A stretch of 64,000 bases of DNA, taken from an uncultured Candidatus Saccharibacteria bacterium (GTDB taxonomy: Bacteria; Patescibacteriota; Minisyncoccia; Minisyncoccales; CAYZYK01). Location of the stretch: the NCBI GenBank assembly GCA_964507665.1, contig CAZDPT010000002.1:29016-93015 (forward strand), read 5' to 3'. Below, one piece after another: positions 10,739 to 19,346 of the stretch (positions are counted from its first letter, which is position 1; every line of letters starts with the position of its first letter). The position numbers were made by a program, and so were the translations under genes. Below the pieces are notes generated by a model. The model ran no database searches and had not been told where the DNA came from. It saw nothing but the letters and a program-made list of their open reading frames with translations.

Positions 10739-11602
10739 ATGAAACTTCAAGGTTTTCTTAAAAAAGCACAAAAAGAAAAATGGGCCCTGGGTCAGTTTAA
10801 TTTTTCAACCTTGTCTCAACTTAAAGGTATAATTCAAGCTGCCCAGAAATTAAAATCACCTCTAATTTTGGGAACATCTGAAGGAGAAAGTAAGTTTTTG
10901 GGTTTAGAACAAACTGTAGCTCTTCGGGATGCTTTCAGGAAACAGACTCAGTTACCTTATTTTTTAAATTTAGATCATGGAAAATCAGTTGATTTCGTTA
11001 AAAAAGCATGTAAAATAGGGTATGATGCAGTTCATTTTGATGGTTCTCAACTGAGCCTTGAAGAAAACATTAAGAAGGCGAAGCAAGTTGTTGAGTATGC
11101 TAAAAATTTTGAAGTTTTAGTTGAGGGTGAAGTTGGAATTTTGGGAACAGAATCCTCGAAGATTTATAAAAGTAAGTTTGAAATAAAAGAAGAAAATTTA
11201 ACTGATCCAACTCAAGCAGAAAGATTCATTAGAGAAACTGGGGTTGATTCTTTAGCTCCAAGTATAGGAACCTTTCATGGTTTAAGTAAAAAAGAGAAGA
11301 ACCCTCATATTCAATTGGATAGATTAAAAGAAATAAAAGAAAGAACAGCAGATAAATTTTTAGTTTTGCATGGAGGATCTGGAACTCCGAGAGGGGATAT
11401 AGAAAAAGCTGTAAAAATGGGAGTTGTGAAAGTTAATATTAACACCGAATTGAGGTTAGCTTTTACAGATACTTTGAGAAAAGTATTAAAAAAGAATCCT
11501 GATAAAATAACCCCTTATAAATATCTACCAGAGGTAGTAAGTAAAGTTCAAAAGGTCGTTGAGAATAAAATAAAATTATTTGGAAGTCAAGATAAAATTT
11601 AA
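10739..11602 (+). CDS. fba: class II fructose-bisphosphate aldolase
   Basis: LDHG, VHFDGS and LVLHGGSG motifs with length typical of class II FBA/tagatose-BP aldolases. Confidence 0.85.
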   Translation: MKLQGFLKKAQKEKWALGQFNFSTLSQLKGIIQAAQKLKSPLILGTSEGESKFLGLEQTVALRDAFRKQTQLPYFLNLDHGKSVDFVKKACKIGYDAVHFDGSQLSLEENIKKAKQVVEYAKNFEVLVEGEVGILGTESSKIYKSKFEIKEENLTDPTQAERFIRETGVDSLAPSIGTFHGLSKKEKNPHIQLDRLKEIKERTADKFLVLHGGSGTPRGDIEKAVKMGVVKVNINTELRLAFTDTLRKVLKKNPDKITPYKYLPEVVSKVQKVVENKIKLFGSQDKI

Positions 11603-11605
11603 AAA

Positions 11606-11824
11606 ATGCCAAAAATAGTTCACGAAATTAAAAAATGTATTGGTTGTGGTTCCTGTGCTTCGGTTTGTCCTAAGTATTGGGAAATGGGGAATGATGGAAA
11701 AGCTCATCTTAAGAACTCTCCTTCAGTAAAAGAAGGAAGGGAAGAATTGGAAGTAGATCAGATTGACTGTAATCGGAGCGCAGCTGATGTTTGTCCGGTC
11801 CAATGTATTCATATAAAAAAATAA
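11606..11824 (+). CDS. small 4Fe-4S ferredoxin
   Basis: CIGCGSCASVCP plus distal C...CP Cys ligands. 72 aa. Confidence 0.7.
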   Translation: MPKIVHEIKKCIGCGSCASVCPKYWEMGNDGKAHLKNSPSVKEGREELEVDQIDCNRSAADVCPVQCIHIKK

Positions 11825-11848
11825 ACTAAACTTAATTATTGAAAAGTT

Positions 11849-12586
11849 ATGATTTCTTTATCTGCTAAGATTCGCGAAAATGTAGGTAAAAAAATAAATT
11901 CTCAACGTAAAAAAGGAGAATTACCTGCAGTTGTTTACGGTCCTAAAATTAAAAATCTGTCCCTGAAAGTAGACTACAAAGAGTTTGAAGATGTTTTTGA
12001 AGAAGTAGGAGAAGCTTCTCTGCTTTCGCTTGAGATAAAAGACAAAAATAAAAAATACCCTGTTTTAATTCATGAAATTCAGAGAGACCCCGTCAGTGGG
12101 AAGTTTTTACATGTTGATTTTTATCAAGCTCCCTTAAAAGAAAAAGTAGAGGCTACTGTTCCTTTAATGTTTGAAGGAACTTCACCGGCCGTTGAAGAAA
12201 AAGAAGGAACTTTGGTTGAGAATATGAGAGAAATAGAAGTTAAAGCCTTACCTCAAAAACTTCCTTCTGAAATCAAAGTAGACATTTCAACTTTAAAAAC
12301 CTTTGAAGACCATATTTTAGTTAAAGATTTAAATTTACCAAAAGAGGTAGAAATTCAAAGAAGCCATGATGAAATTGTAGCTTCAGTGACACCACCCGAA
12401 GAAGTTGAAGAAGAGTTAGAGGAACCTATTGAGGAAAAAATAGAGGAAGTAGAAACAGTTGAGGAAGCAAAAGAGAGGGAAGAGGAGGAGATTCCAACAG
12501 AAGAAGGAGCACCAGCTAAGGAAAAAGAAGCAACAGGTGGGGAAAGTAAAGAAGGGAGAGGTAAAAAGGAAAAAAATAATCTCTAA
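11849..12586 (+). CDS. rplY: ribosomal protein L25/Ctc with long acidic C-terminal tail
   Basis: N-terminal RKKGELPAVVYG and HVDF motifs of L25/Ctc. The C-terminal roughly 70 aa are Glu/Lys-rich and low complexity. Confidence 0.8.
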   Translation: MISLSAKIRENVGKKINSQRKKGELPAVVYGPKIKNLSLKVDYKEFEDVFEEVGEASLLSLEIKDKNKKYPVLIHEIQRDPVSGKFLHVDFYQAPLKEKVEATVPLMFEGTSPAVEEKEGTLVENMREIEVKALPQKLPSEIKVDISTLKTFEDHILVKDLNLPKEVEIQRSHDEIVASVTPPEEVEEELEEPIEEKIEEVETVEEAKEREEEEIPTEEGAPAKEKEATGGESKEGRGKKEKNNL

Positions 12587-12609
12587 GTTTAGATTAGCCA
12601 GACTTGGCT

Positions 12610-14061
12610 ATGAAATTTAAAAAATCAAAAAAAACCTTATTTATAATTCTAATATTAACTTTTTGTTTATTTCCCTTGTCGTTTTTTTTAGATAAGGGTT
12701 TGTTTAGTTTAACTGAAGTATTGGCCTCTTTTGATTTTGAAGTTTGTGTTTCAGTTGAAGAAATTGATAAAAAATGTGAAAGTCTTTCTCCAGAAGAATG
12801 TAAAGAAGTTTTAAATAAATGCCAAGATCATTTACGAGAAAGAAGCGCTGAGATTGAAAAAGATATTACTAAAACAGAACAAGAAAAGAAGACTTTACAG
12901 AATAAAATTTATGTTCTGAGAAAACAAATCCAGAATTTAGACTATAAGATTCATCAAGGAAATGTGACGATTAGAAACTTAGGTTTTAAAATAATAGATA
13001 CTCAATCATCTATTGATAAGATATCTTCAAGGATTGAAGATTCAAAAACACAACTTGTAAGCATCTTAAGAACAATTTACAGGGAAAAACAAAAATCATT
13101 AATTGAAATTATATTTAAAGGAAGCTTATCTAATTTTTTTGATAATTTAACTCGTTTGGAATATTTAAATACTAAATTACAGGAAGTCTTAGAAAACACT
13201 AAAGACCTCAAATCTTATTTAAAAAGTAAAGAAGAGGAATTAGGAGAAGAAAAAGATGATCTTGAAAAAACAGTAGAAATCAGGGAACTTCAGAGGCAAG
13301 AAAGCGCAGAGACAAAGAAAGAAAAGGAATATTTCCTAAGATTAACCGAACAAGAGTATCAAAAGTATTTGGAGCAAAAAAGGAAGACAGAAAAAACTGC
13401 TGCTGAAATTAGAAAAAGGGTATTTGAATTAATTGGAGTTCCAAAAGCCCCTTCTTTCGGTGAGGCCTATGAAATTGCAAAATATGCCTCAGAAGTCACA
13501 GGTGTTCGTCCTGCTTTGTTGTTAGCGGTTTTAACCCAAGAATCTAGAATTGGAAAAAATGTTGGTCAATGTTATCTAAAAGATCCAGATACTGGTGATG
13601 GGATATATATTAAAACGGGCAACAAAGCCCCTCGAACCATGTATCCAGGCCAGGTTCCTTATTTCATAAATATCATTGAGAACGTGAACAAAGATAGAGG
13701 CTTGGTTCGAGACCCTTTTGAAACTCCTGTTTCTTGCTGTATGGTAAACGATGGAAATTTCGTCGGATGGGGGGGTGCTATGGGTCCTGCTCAATTTATA
13801 CCAACTACTTGGCAAAAATTAGGATATGGAGAAAAAGTAAAGCAGATCACAGGCAAAACAGCTGATCCTTGGGATATTAAAGATGCCTTTTTAGCCAGCG
13901 CTTTGTATTTAAAAGATTCTGGAGCTGAGAGAAATGAATTTCGAGCTGTAATGACATATTTTTCGGGTTCTTCTTGGAATACTTGGGAAGAGTTTTATGG
14001 TAGAAATGTTCTGAGTATCGCAGAAGGATATGAAAAAGATATAGCTATAATTGAAAAATAA
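12610..14061 (+). CDS. secreted coiled-coil protein with C-terminal MltB/SLT_2-like lytic transglycosylase domain
   Basis: Signal/TM at the N-terminus, then about 250 aa of heptad-like K/E-rich sequence. C-terminus has LTQESR (catalytic Glu context) and GAMGPAQFIPTTW. ATG at 12610 is preferred over the TTG at 12604. Confidence 0.6.
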   Translation: MKFKKSKKTLFIILILTFCLFPLSFFLDKGLFSLTEVLASFDFEVCVSVEEIDKKCESLSPEECKEVLNKCQDHLRERSAEIEKDITKTEQEKKTLQNKIYVLRKQIQNLDYKIHQGNVTIRNLGFKIIDTQSSIDKISSRIEDSKTQLVSILRTIYREKQKSLIEIIFKGSLSNFFDNLTRLEYLNTKLQEVLENTKDLKSYLKSKEEELGEEKDDLEKTVEIRELQRQESAETKKEKEYFLRLTEQEYQKYLEQKRKTEKTAAEIRKRVFELIGVPKAPSFGEAYEIAKYASEVTGVRPALLLAVLTQESRIGKNVGQCYLKDPDTGDGIYIKTGNKAPRTMYPGQVPYFINIIENVNKDRGLVRDPFETPVSCCMVNDGNFVGWGGAMGPAQFIPTTWQKLGYGEKVKQITGKTADPWDIKDAFLASALYLKDSGAERNEFRAVMTYFSGSSWNTWEEFYGRNVLSIAEGYEKDIAIIEK

Positions 14062-14063
14062 TT

Positions 14064-14108
14064 AAAAAACGGCCTTTAAATAGGATTTTATAAGAGCCGT
14101 TTTTTTAT
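14064..14108. terminator. bidirectional terminator between convergent genes
   Basis: aaaaaacggc ... gccgtttttt inverted repeat flanked by A-run and T-run. Confidence 0.5.
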
Positions 14109-14122
14109 TTCAAAAAAGTTGT

Positions 14123-14872
14123 TTATTTCCTTTTCTTGCGAAGAGCCTTGATTACGGGTTTAAGATCTCCATCTATTATTTTTTCTAAATTATGCCACTT
14201 TTTATTAATCCGATGGTCTGTTAATCTGTTTTGAGGAAAATTGTAGGTTCTTATTTTCTCTGCTCTCTTCGCTTGTTTAATTTGAGTTCTTCTACTTCCG
14301 GCTAGTTTAGCTTTCTGTTTTTCTCTTTTTTTTGCAGACAATCTAGCCTCTAAAATAGAGAGAGCATTCTTCTTATTTTTCAGTTGGTTTCTTTCGGTTT
14401 GAGAACTTACTGTAATTCCTGTGGGTTTATGAGTTATTCTTACTGCTGATTCTCTTCTATTAACATATTGTCCTCCAGGGCCTGAGGCTCGGAAAGTGTC
14501 TATTTTTAAGTCAGATTGATTTATTTTTATCTCCCTTTTTTTAGGTTTAGGTAATACAGCAACTGTGACTGTTGAGGTATGAATTCTTCCTTTTTTTTCT
14601 GTTTTAGGAATTCTTTGAACTCTATGAACTCCCCCTTCATATTTCATTTGTGAGAAAACACCTCCATTTTTTAATTGAAAAATTACTTCTTTTACTCCAC
14701 CGATTTCAGTTGGGTTGGATTCTAGTGTTTTTTGATGCCAGCCTTGATTTTGAGCATATCTTGAATACATTCTAAATAGATTTCGGGCGAATAAACTAGC
14801 TTCATCTCCACCAGCGCCTGCTCTAATTTCGATAATTACTGCTTGTGATTTTTTATGTCCCTTCTTACTCAT
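14123..14872 (-). CDS. prfA: peptide chain release factor 1-like, lacking N-terminal domain 1 (249 aa)
   Basis: PKT (PxT tripeptide, RF1-type) in [15 protein letters not shown] and the GGQ motif SGPGGQYVN. The protein starts at the RAGAGGDEA block, which lies about 100 aa into full-length RF1. Start overlaps the rpmE stop (ATGA). Confidence 0.75.
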   Translation of the reverse strand: MSKKGHKKSQAVIIEIRAGAGGDEASLFARNLFRMYSRYAQNQGWHQKTLESNPTEIGGVKEVIFQLKNGGVFSQMKYEGGVHRVQRIPKTEKKGRIHTSTVTVAVLPKPKKREIKINQSDLKIDTFRASGPGGQYVNRRESAVRITHKPTGITVSSQTERNQLKNKKNALSILEARLSAKKREKQKAKLAGSRRTQIKQAKRAEKIRTYNFPQNRLTDHRINKKWHNLEKIIDGDLKPVIKALRKKRK

Positions 14873-15096
14873 TTCTTTTTCTGGGCTTTTTTAACTTTTT
14901 CCATTTTCTTTCTGAATTTTTGTACTTGACCTACTGTTTCCATAATCTTATCTTTACCTGTATAAAAAGGATGGCATTTGAAGCAAATTTCTGTTTCAAT
15001 TTCAGGAACGGTTGAACCAACAGTAAAAGTATTTCCGCAAGCACAGTGGACTTTTGCTTCGGGATAATATTTTGGATGAATATCTTTTTTGGGCAT
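14869..15096 (-). CDS. rpmE: ribosomal protein L31 (Zn-ribbon type)
   Basis: [11 protein letters not shown] start at the internal ATG (15096), plus CxC...CxxC Zn ligands. The longer track ORF N-terminus looks spurious. Confidence 0.85.
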   Translation of the reverse strand: MPKKDIHPKYYPEAKVHCACGNTFTVGSTVPEIETEICFKCHPFYTGKDKIMETVGQVQKFRKKMEKVKKAQKKK

Positions 15097-15181
15097 AATC
15101 ATTTTAGTTTTTAGATAACAAATATATATTAACAGAATTTTTTTAAAAATCAACCCTTTTTAATTTTTATTAATTTTGGAC

Positions 15182-15210
15182 TTGACAGGTTTTTTTCTTT
15201 TTGGTAAAAA
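15182..15210 (+). promoter_or_regulatory. sigma70-like promoter (TTGACA-17-TAAAAA)
   Basis: TTGACA at 15182-15187, a 17-nt spacer, and TAAAAA at 15205-15210. Confidence 0.5.
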
Positions 15211-15220
15211 GAAAAAAGTT

Positions 15221-15283
15221 ATGAAAACAAAAATAAACCCTGAATTGAAAGACTTTTATTTCCTTTTTACCTTTTTTGGATAG
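15221..15283 (+). CDS. putative Phe/Tyr-rich leader peptide MKTKINPELKDFYFLFTFFG
   Basis: 20-codon ORF 10 nt after the -10 element. It has 5 Phe plus 1 Tyr in the last 9 codons, and its stop abuts the antiterminator arm. Confidence 0.6.
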   Translation: MKTKINPELKDFYFLFTFFG

Positions 15284-15351
15284 GAGGTTAGTTTGGGTTT
15301 AAACTGAATTTATCCAAATTAACCTCTTCTTCAAAAGAGGTTTTCTTTTTT
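15284..15351 (+). promoter_or_regulatory. attenuator: antiterminator and terminator alternative hairpins
   Basis: gaggttagtttgg (15284-15296) pairs with ccaaattaacctc (15314-15326), 12/13 bp. The overlapping terminator is aacctctt (15321-15328)/aagaggtt (15335-15342) followed by ttcttttttt. Confidence 0.55.
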
Positions 15352-15462
15352 GAAGAAGTTGAAGTACAACTGGTCCTTTAAAACTTAACAATGGAGGTAA
15401 TTTAAGAAGTAACTTCCGAAGAGGATGAGTATCTTGAACTTCAGCAGAAAAGGAGGGAGAAG

Positions 15463-16206
15463 ATGACAGTAAGATTAAATAATAACAGAAAGAGAGCAGT
15501 TATGTATTTCTTGGAGAGGTTTCCTTCCCCGGAGGGGCTACCCTCAAGTCAAGAGGAAGTTAAGAGAGTTTTTCAATCTCCAAGAGTAGAAGGGGTAGTG
15601 AGTTTTGCTTTGGGTCCAGAAGGGACCAATATTTCCCAAGCCAGCCAGGAATGGGTAGAAGAGACGGGCATTAAAGAAAAAACGACTACTATTCTGGAAT
15701 CTACACCTGAAGAATGTCTTCAATTGGCAAGAGAGATAACAGAACCAAATGTTGTTTCTTTATTCTGGACCTGTGCTGTATTTTATGCACTGAAAGATTT
15801 GTTTTTTACAAATCCAGATGTATATCCTTTCTTTATCCAGCATGGAATGAGACTGGATGAGATGCAGCTTGCTACCAGAGAAGATATTTTGGAGCAAATA
15901 AACCAATTAGGAATTTCACCAGATTGGGTAATTGCTTCTCATCCTTCACCCGCACCTTTACTTGAAGAGTTAGCAAGAAGTAAGGGATGTATTGTCACTG
16001 AAGCAAACAGCAATTCTGATGCTGCCCAAAAGTGTGCTTCAGAAGAGGTGAATCTTTGTATGACCACCGAGAGCGCACGGGAGATACACGATTTGATAGA
16101 GATTCATTCTTTTGGTTCTCCCCTGATGATATTTTTCGGTGGGATAACCTCTACTGGAGCAGAGGTAATAAGAAGGGTTTATTCTGAATTACAAGAAGAG
16201 GAGTAA
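15463..16206 (+). CDS. prephenate dehydratase-fold protein lacking the TRF motif and ACT domain
   Basis: FALGPEGTNISQAS resembles the PDT N-terminal LGPxGTxSxxAA, and SHPSPAPLL resembles SHPQAxxQC. There is no IENS or TRF motif. Strong SD aggaggg lies 5 nt upstream. Confidence 0.5.
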   Translation: MTVRLNNNRKRAVMYFLERFPSPEGLPSSQEEVKRVFQSPRVEGVVSFALGPEGTNISQASQEWVEETGIKEKTTTILESTPEECLQLAREITEPNVVSLFWTCAVFYALKDLFFTNPDVYPFFIQHGMRLDEMQLATREDILEQINQLGISPDWVIASHPSPAPLLEELARSKGCIVTEANSNSDAAQKCASEEVNLCMTTESAREIHDLIEIHSFGSPLMIFFGGITSTGAEVIRRVYSELQEEE

Positions 16207-16249
16207 ACCGAATAACTTATAAATCAAAACAAGAGGTCAGGAGTTAATC

Positions 16250-17812
16250 TTGACCTCAATTTTTTTGTACGATATACTGATTTATATGATTAATGCTATT
16301 GTCGGAGTAAAGGGAGATATGGGAAGTAATTTACTCCTTCCACTTTTAGAAAAATTAGGAGAAGTTCGGACAGCAGATAAGAATAGTTCAAAAGATCAAT
16401 GGAATAAGGTTTGGCAATCAGATGTAATTTGGCTCTCGGTGCCTCGAAAAGCTATTCCAGATATTGTTAAAGATGTTAAATTAAAACCTGAGCAATTAAT
16501 AATAGATATCTGTTCCATAAAGCGTGGCTTATCAGATGTTATTAAATCAACAGGTGCTTCTCATCTTTCCTTACATCCTCTTCATGGTCCTTATATCCCT
16601 CTTAGTGGACAAAAGTGGGTGATTATTAATGATAAATTAACAAAAAATCACCCCCATGCTAAAGCTATTTTAGCTTTTTTAAAAGAAAAAGGAATTAATT
16701 TCCTCAGAACGAAGTCAGAAAAAGAACATGATTTTATGATTGGAGTTGTTTTGAGTTTACCTGAACTTCTTACCTTGGTTATTGATTCTTTAATAAATCA
16801 TTATGCAAAAGAATCGGACCAAAAGGAGCCCAATATAAAGGAATTAATAGAGTGGTCAGTACCTGCCTCGAATGCTCTTTTTAGTTCTTATATTCATTCT
16901 ATTGCAAGTTCAGCAGACTGGCTCCGAGAAGAACTTATTTGTGAGGCCTATGGAAATTTAATTAAGAGTGCCAAGAAAACATTTATTGAATTGAGTAAAA
17001 TATCTTGCAAGAAGATAACCAAAGAGATTGTCAGACAAAATGAGGTTGTTAAGGAATTACCATCGGAAGAAAGAAAGAGGATTCAACAATGGATAGAAAG
17101 ATGGTTTGTTGATTCAACTCAAAAAGTATTCTCTTTTCATAAGAAAAAACAAATGAAACCAAAAATTAATATTCAACAATATAAAGATAAGAATCAAATT
17201 TTCCCCGTTGAAAAAGGAGAAATTACAGTTGGAATTCATGGTATAAAAGCTTGTTTTACTCATGAATCAACTTTGCGATTGTGTGAAGAATTGGGTCTTA
17301 ATCCAGATAACTTAAACTTTAAATATTTAATTGAAGCAAAGAGAGTAATTGAGGCAGTTGATGAAGGAGAGATAGATCGAGGCGTTTTCTGTATAGCTAA
17401 TTCTGGCTCTGGAGCTTATGTTGAAAGTGTACATACTATGGGAAATTACCAGTTTGAAGTTTTAGCAATTTATGGAATGGAAATTCTCCAATGCTTATTA
17501 TCCCATCCTTCTGTTGATGAAATAAGTGAGATAAAAGAAGTTTTTGCTCACCCTCAAGCAGTTAGTCAATGTAAAAGAACCTTTGCAGAAAAATACCCCG
17601 ATATTAAATTGATTCCGGGAGAAGATAAGGATGATACCGCCCTTTGTGCTAAAAAGATATCAGAAGGAGATTTTCCGAAAACAACTGCAACTTTGGCTTC
17701 ACAATTAGCAGCTGAAACATACGGGTTGAATGTTTTAGAATACGGCATGCATCATGATCCCTTCAATACTACCACTTTTGTAGTAATAAGAAAAAAGATA
17801 AATTGTAGATAA
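16250..17812 (+). CDS. fusion protein: prephenate dehydrogenase (TyrA-like) N-terminus + prephenate dehydratase domain C-terminus
   Basis: N-terminus: GVKGDMG Rossmann motif, DICSIK and LHPLHGP TyrA motifs. C-terminus: CIANSGSG (IENS-like), AHPQAVSQC and NTTTFVVI (TRF-like TTF). Start is TTG at 16250 (GGAG upstream) or ATG at 16286. Confidence 0.65.
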   Translation: MTSIFLYDILIYMINAIVGVKGDMGSNLLLPLLEKLGEVRTADKNSSKDQWNKVWQSDVIWLSVPRKAIPDIVKDVKLKPEQLIIDICSIKRGLSDVIKSTGASHLSLHPLHGPYIPLSGQKWVIINDKLTKNHPHAKAILAFLKEKGINFLRTKSEKEHDFMIGVVLSLPELLTLVIDSLINHYAKESDQKEPNIKELIEWSVPASNALFSSYIHSIASSADWLREELICEAYGNLIKSAKKTFIELSKISCKKITKEIVRQNEVVKELPSEERKRIQQWIERWFVDSTQKVFSFHKKKQMKPKINIQQYKDKNQIFPVEKGEITVGIHGIKACFTHESTLRLCEELGLNPDNLNFKYLIEAKRVIEAVDEGEIDRGVFCIANSGSGAYVESVHTMGNYQFEVLAIYGMEILQCLLSHPSVDEISEIKEVFAHPQAVSQCKRTFAEKYPDIKLIPGEDKDDTALCAKKISEGDFPKTTATLASQLAAETYGLNVLEYGMHHDPFNTTTFVVIRKKINCR

Positions 17813-17816
17813 ACTC

Positions 17817-17845
17817 TTGAAATTACAGCTTTTTTTTGATAAAAT
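17817..17845 (+). promoter_or_regulatory. promoter of rpsB-tsf (TTGAAA-17-TAAAAT)
   Basis: Hexamers at 17817-17822 and 17840-17845, followed by a structured leader of about 100 nt. Confidence 0.45.
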
Positions 17846-17948
17846 TAAATAGATAAATTTTACCTTAATTTCGATTTTTTATTTATCTCCGAAGAGTGAT
17901 ATTTTTTAAATCTGCGGGTTTGTTTAAGACCGAACCCAAATTAATTTT

Positions 17949-18719
17949 ATGGCTCCAAAAACATCAAAAAAAGAAACTAAAAAAGGAAAGAAAAGGATTA
18001 AAAAGAAAAAAGGTGAGTTTAATATTAATCCAAAAGAATTAATGGAGATTGGAGTACACTTGGGGCACAAAACTTCTAAGTTTCATCCTAAAATGAAACC
18101 TTATATCTTGGGAGTTAAAAAAACAGTTCATCTTATTGATCCTAAAAAAACTATTCAGAAATTAGAGCAGGCCTTAAAATTTATTGAAAAAATTATTTCA
18201 GAAGGTAAAGCTTTACTTCTTGTTGGAACAAAACCTCACTTGAGAAAACCGATTCAAGAAGTAGCTGAAGAATGTGAACTTTTCTATGTTACAGAAAGAT
18301 GGCTTGGTGGAACTTTTACTAACTTTGAGACGATTTCGAAACGTTTAGATTATCTCCGTGACCTTGAGGAAAAAAGAGAAAAGGGAGAGTTCGAGAAATA
18401 TACTAAGAAGGAGCAACTTGATATTGATAGAGAAATAAAGAAACTCCAAAGAAAGTTTAAAGGAATAAAAACTATGGAAGAATTACCTAATGCTGTATTT
18501 ATTTTTGATATACGGAACGATAATTTAGCAGTAAGAGAAGCTAAGAAGAAAGATATTAAGATTATTGGATTAGTTGATACCAATGTTGATCCTTCTTCGA
18601 TAGATTATCCTATTCCAGCAAATGATGATGCCCTTTCTTCTATAAAATACATGTTGGAAAAAATTAAAAAAGTTGTAAAAAAGGCTAAACTAAAGAAGAA
18701 AGAAAACAGTAAAACTTAA
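17949..18719 (+). CDS. rpsB: ribosomal protein S2 with Lys-rich N-terminal extension
   Basis: GVHLGH, ERWLGGTFTN and DTN motifs of S2. Confidence 0.9.
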   Translation: MAPKTSKKETKKGKKRIKKKKGEFNINPKELMEIGVHLGHKTSKFHPKMKPYILGVKKTVHLIDPKKTIQKLEQALKFIEKIISEGKALLLVGTKPHLRKPIQEVAEECELFYVTERWLGGTFTNFETISKRLDYLRDLEEKREKGEFEKYTKKEQLDIDREIKKLQRKFKGIKTMEELPNAVFIFDIRNDNLAVREAKKKDIKIIGLVDTNVDPSSIDYPIPANDDALSSIKYMLEKIKKVVKKAKLKKKENSKT

Positions 18720-18726
18720 GTTTAAT

Positions 18727-19311
18727 ATGGTAGATATTAACCAAATTAAAAAACTTAGAGATCAAACTCAGGCTTCTCCTGTTGACTGTAAGAAAGCCTT
18801 GAAAGAAGCAAAAGGAGATTTTGAAGAAGCAAAAAAAGTTCTAAGAGTTAAAGGAAAAAAAATAGCTCAGAAAAAGTCAAAAAGAGAAACCCAACAAGGA
18901 ATAATTGACTCTTATATCCATCCCGATTCCAGGGTAGGTGTTTTGTTGGATATTCGCTGTGAATCAGATTTTGTAACTAAATCAAAGCAATTTAAAAAGC
19001 TGGCTCATGAAATTTGTTTGCAGATTGCTGCAATGAAACCCTTATATCTAAAAAGCGAAAATATTCCAGAAAAATTTTTAAATGGAGAAAAGAAAATTTA
19101 CAGAAAACAACTAAAAGATTCTGGAAAACCAAAGAAGATTATTAACGAAATTATTGAAGGGAAATTGGAGAAGCAAAAACAGGGAATTTCCTTATTATCT
19201 CAGGCTTGGATTAAAGACCAGGACAAAACAATTAAGGATCTGATTGACCAATATATCGCTAAAACTGGAGAGAATATTAAAGTAAAAAGGTTTGTTCGTT
19301 ACGAAATCTAA
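18727..19311 (+). CDS. tsf: elongation factor Ts (short form)
   Basis: IKKLRDQTQASPVDCKKAL UBA-like N-terminus. Immediately downstream of rpsB. Confidence 0.85.
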   Translation: MVDINQIKKLRDQTQASPVDCKKALKEAKGDFEEAKKVLRVKGKKIAQKKSKRETQQGIIDSYIHPDSRVGVLLDIRCESDFVTKSKQFKKLAHEICLQIAAMKPLYLKSENIPEKFLNGEKKIYRKQLKDSGKPKKIINEIIEGKLEKQKQGISLLSQAWIKDQDKTIKDLIDQYIAKTGENIKVKRFVRYEI

Positions 19312-19346
19312 TTATAAGAAAGAATTTAATTTTAGTTTACTTTATT

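Noticed and set aside
12400-12586. Purine-rich gaa/gag repeats at the L25 3' end
   Set aside because: This is in-frame low-complexity Glu/Lys tail of rplY. It is not an independent feature.
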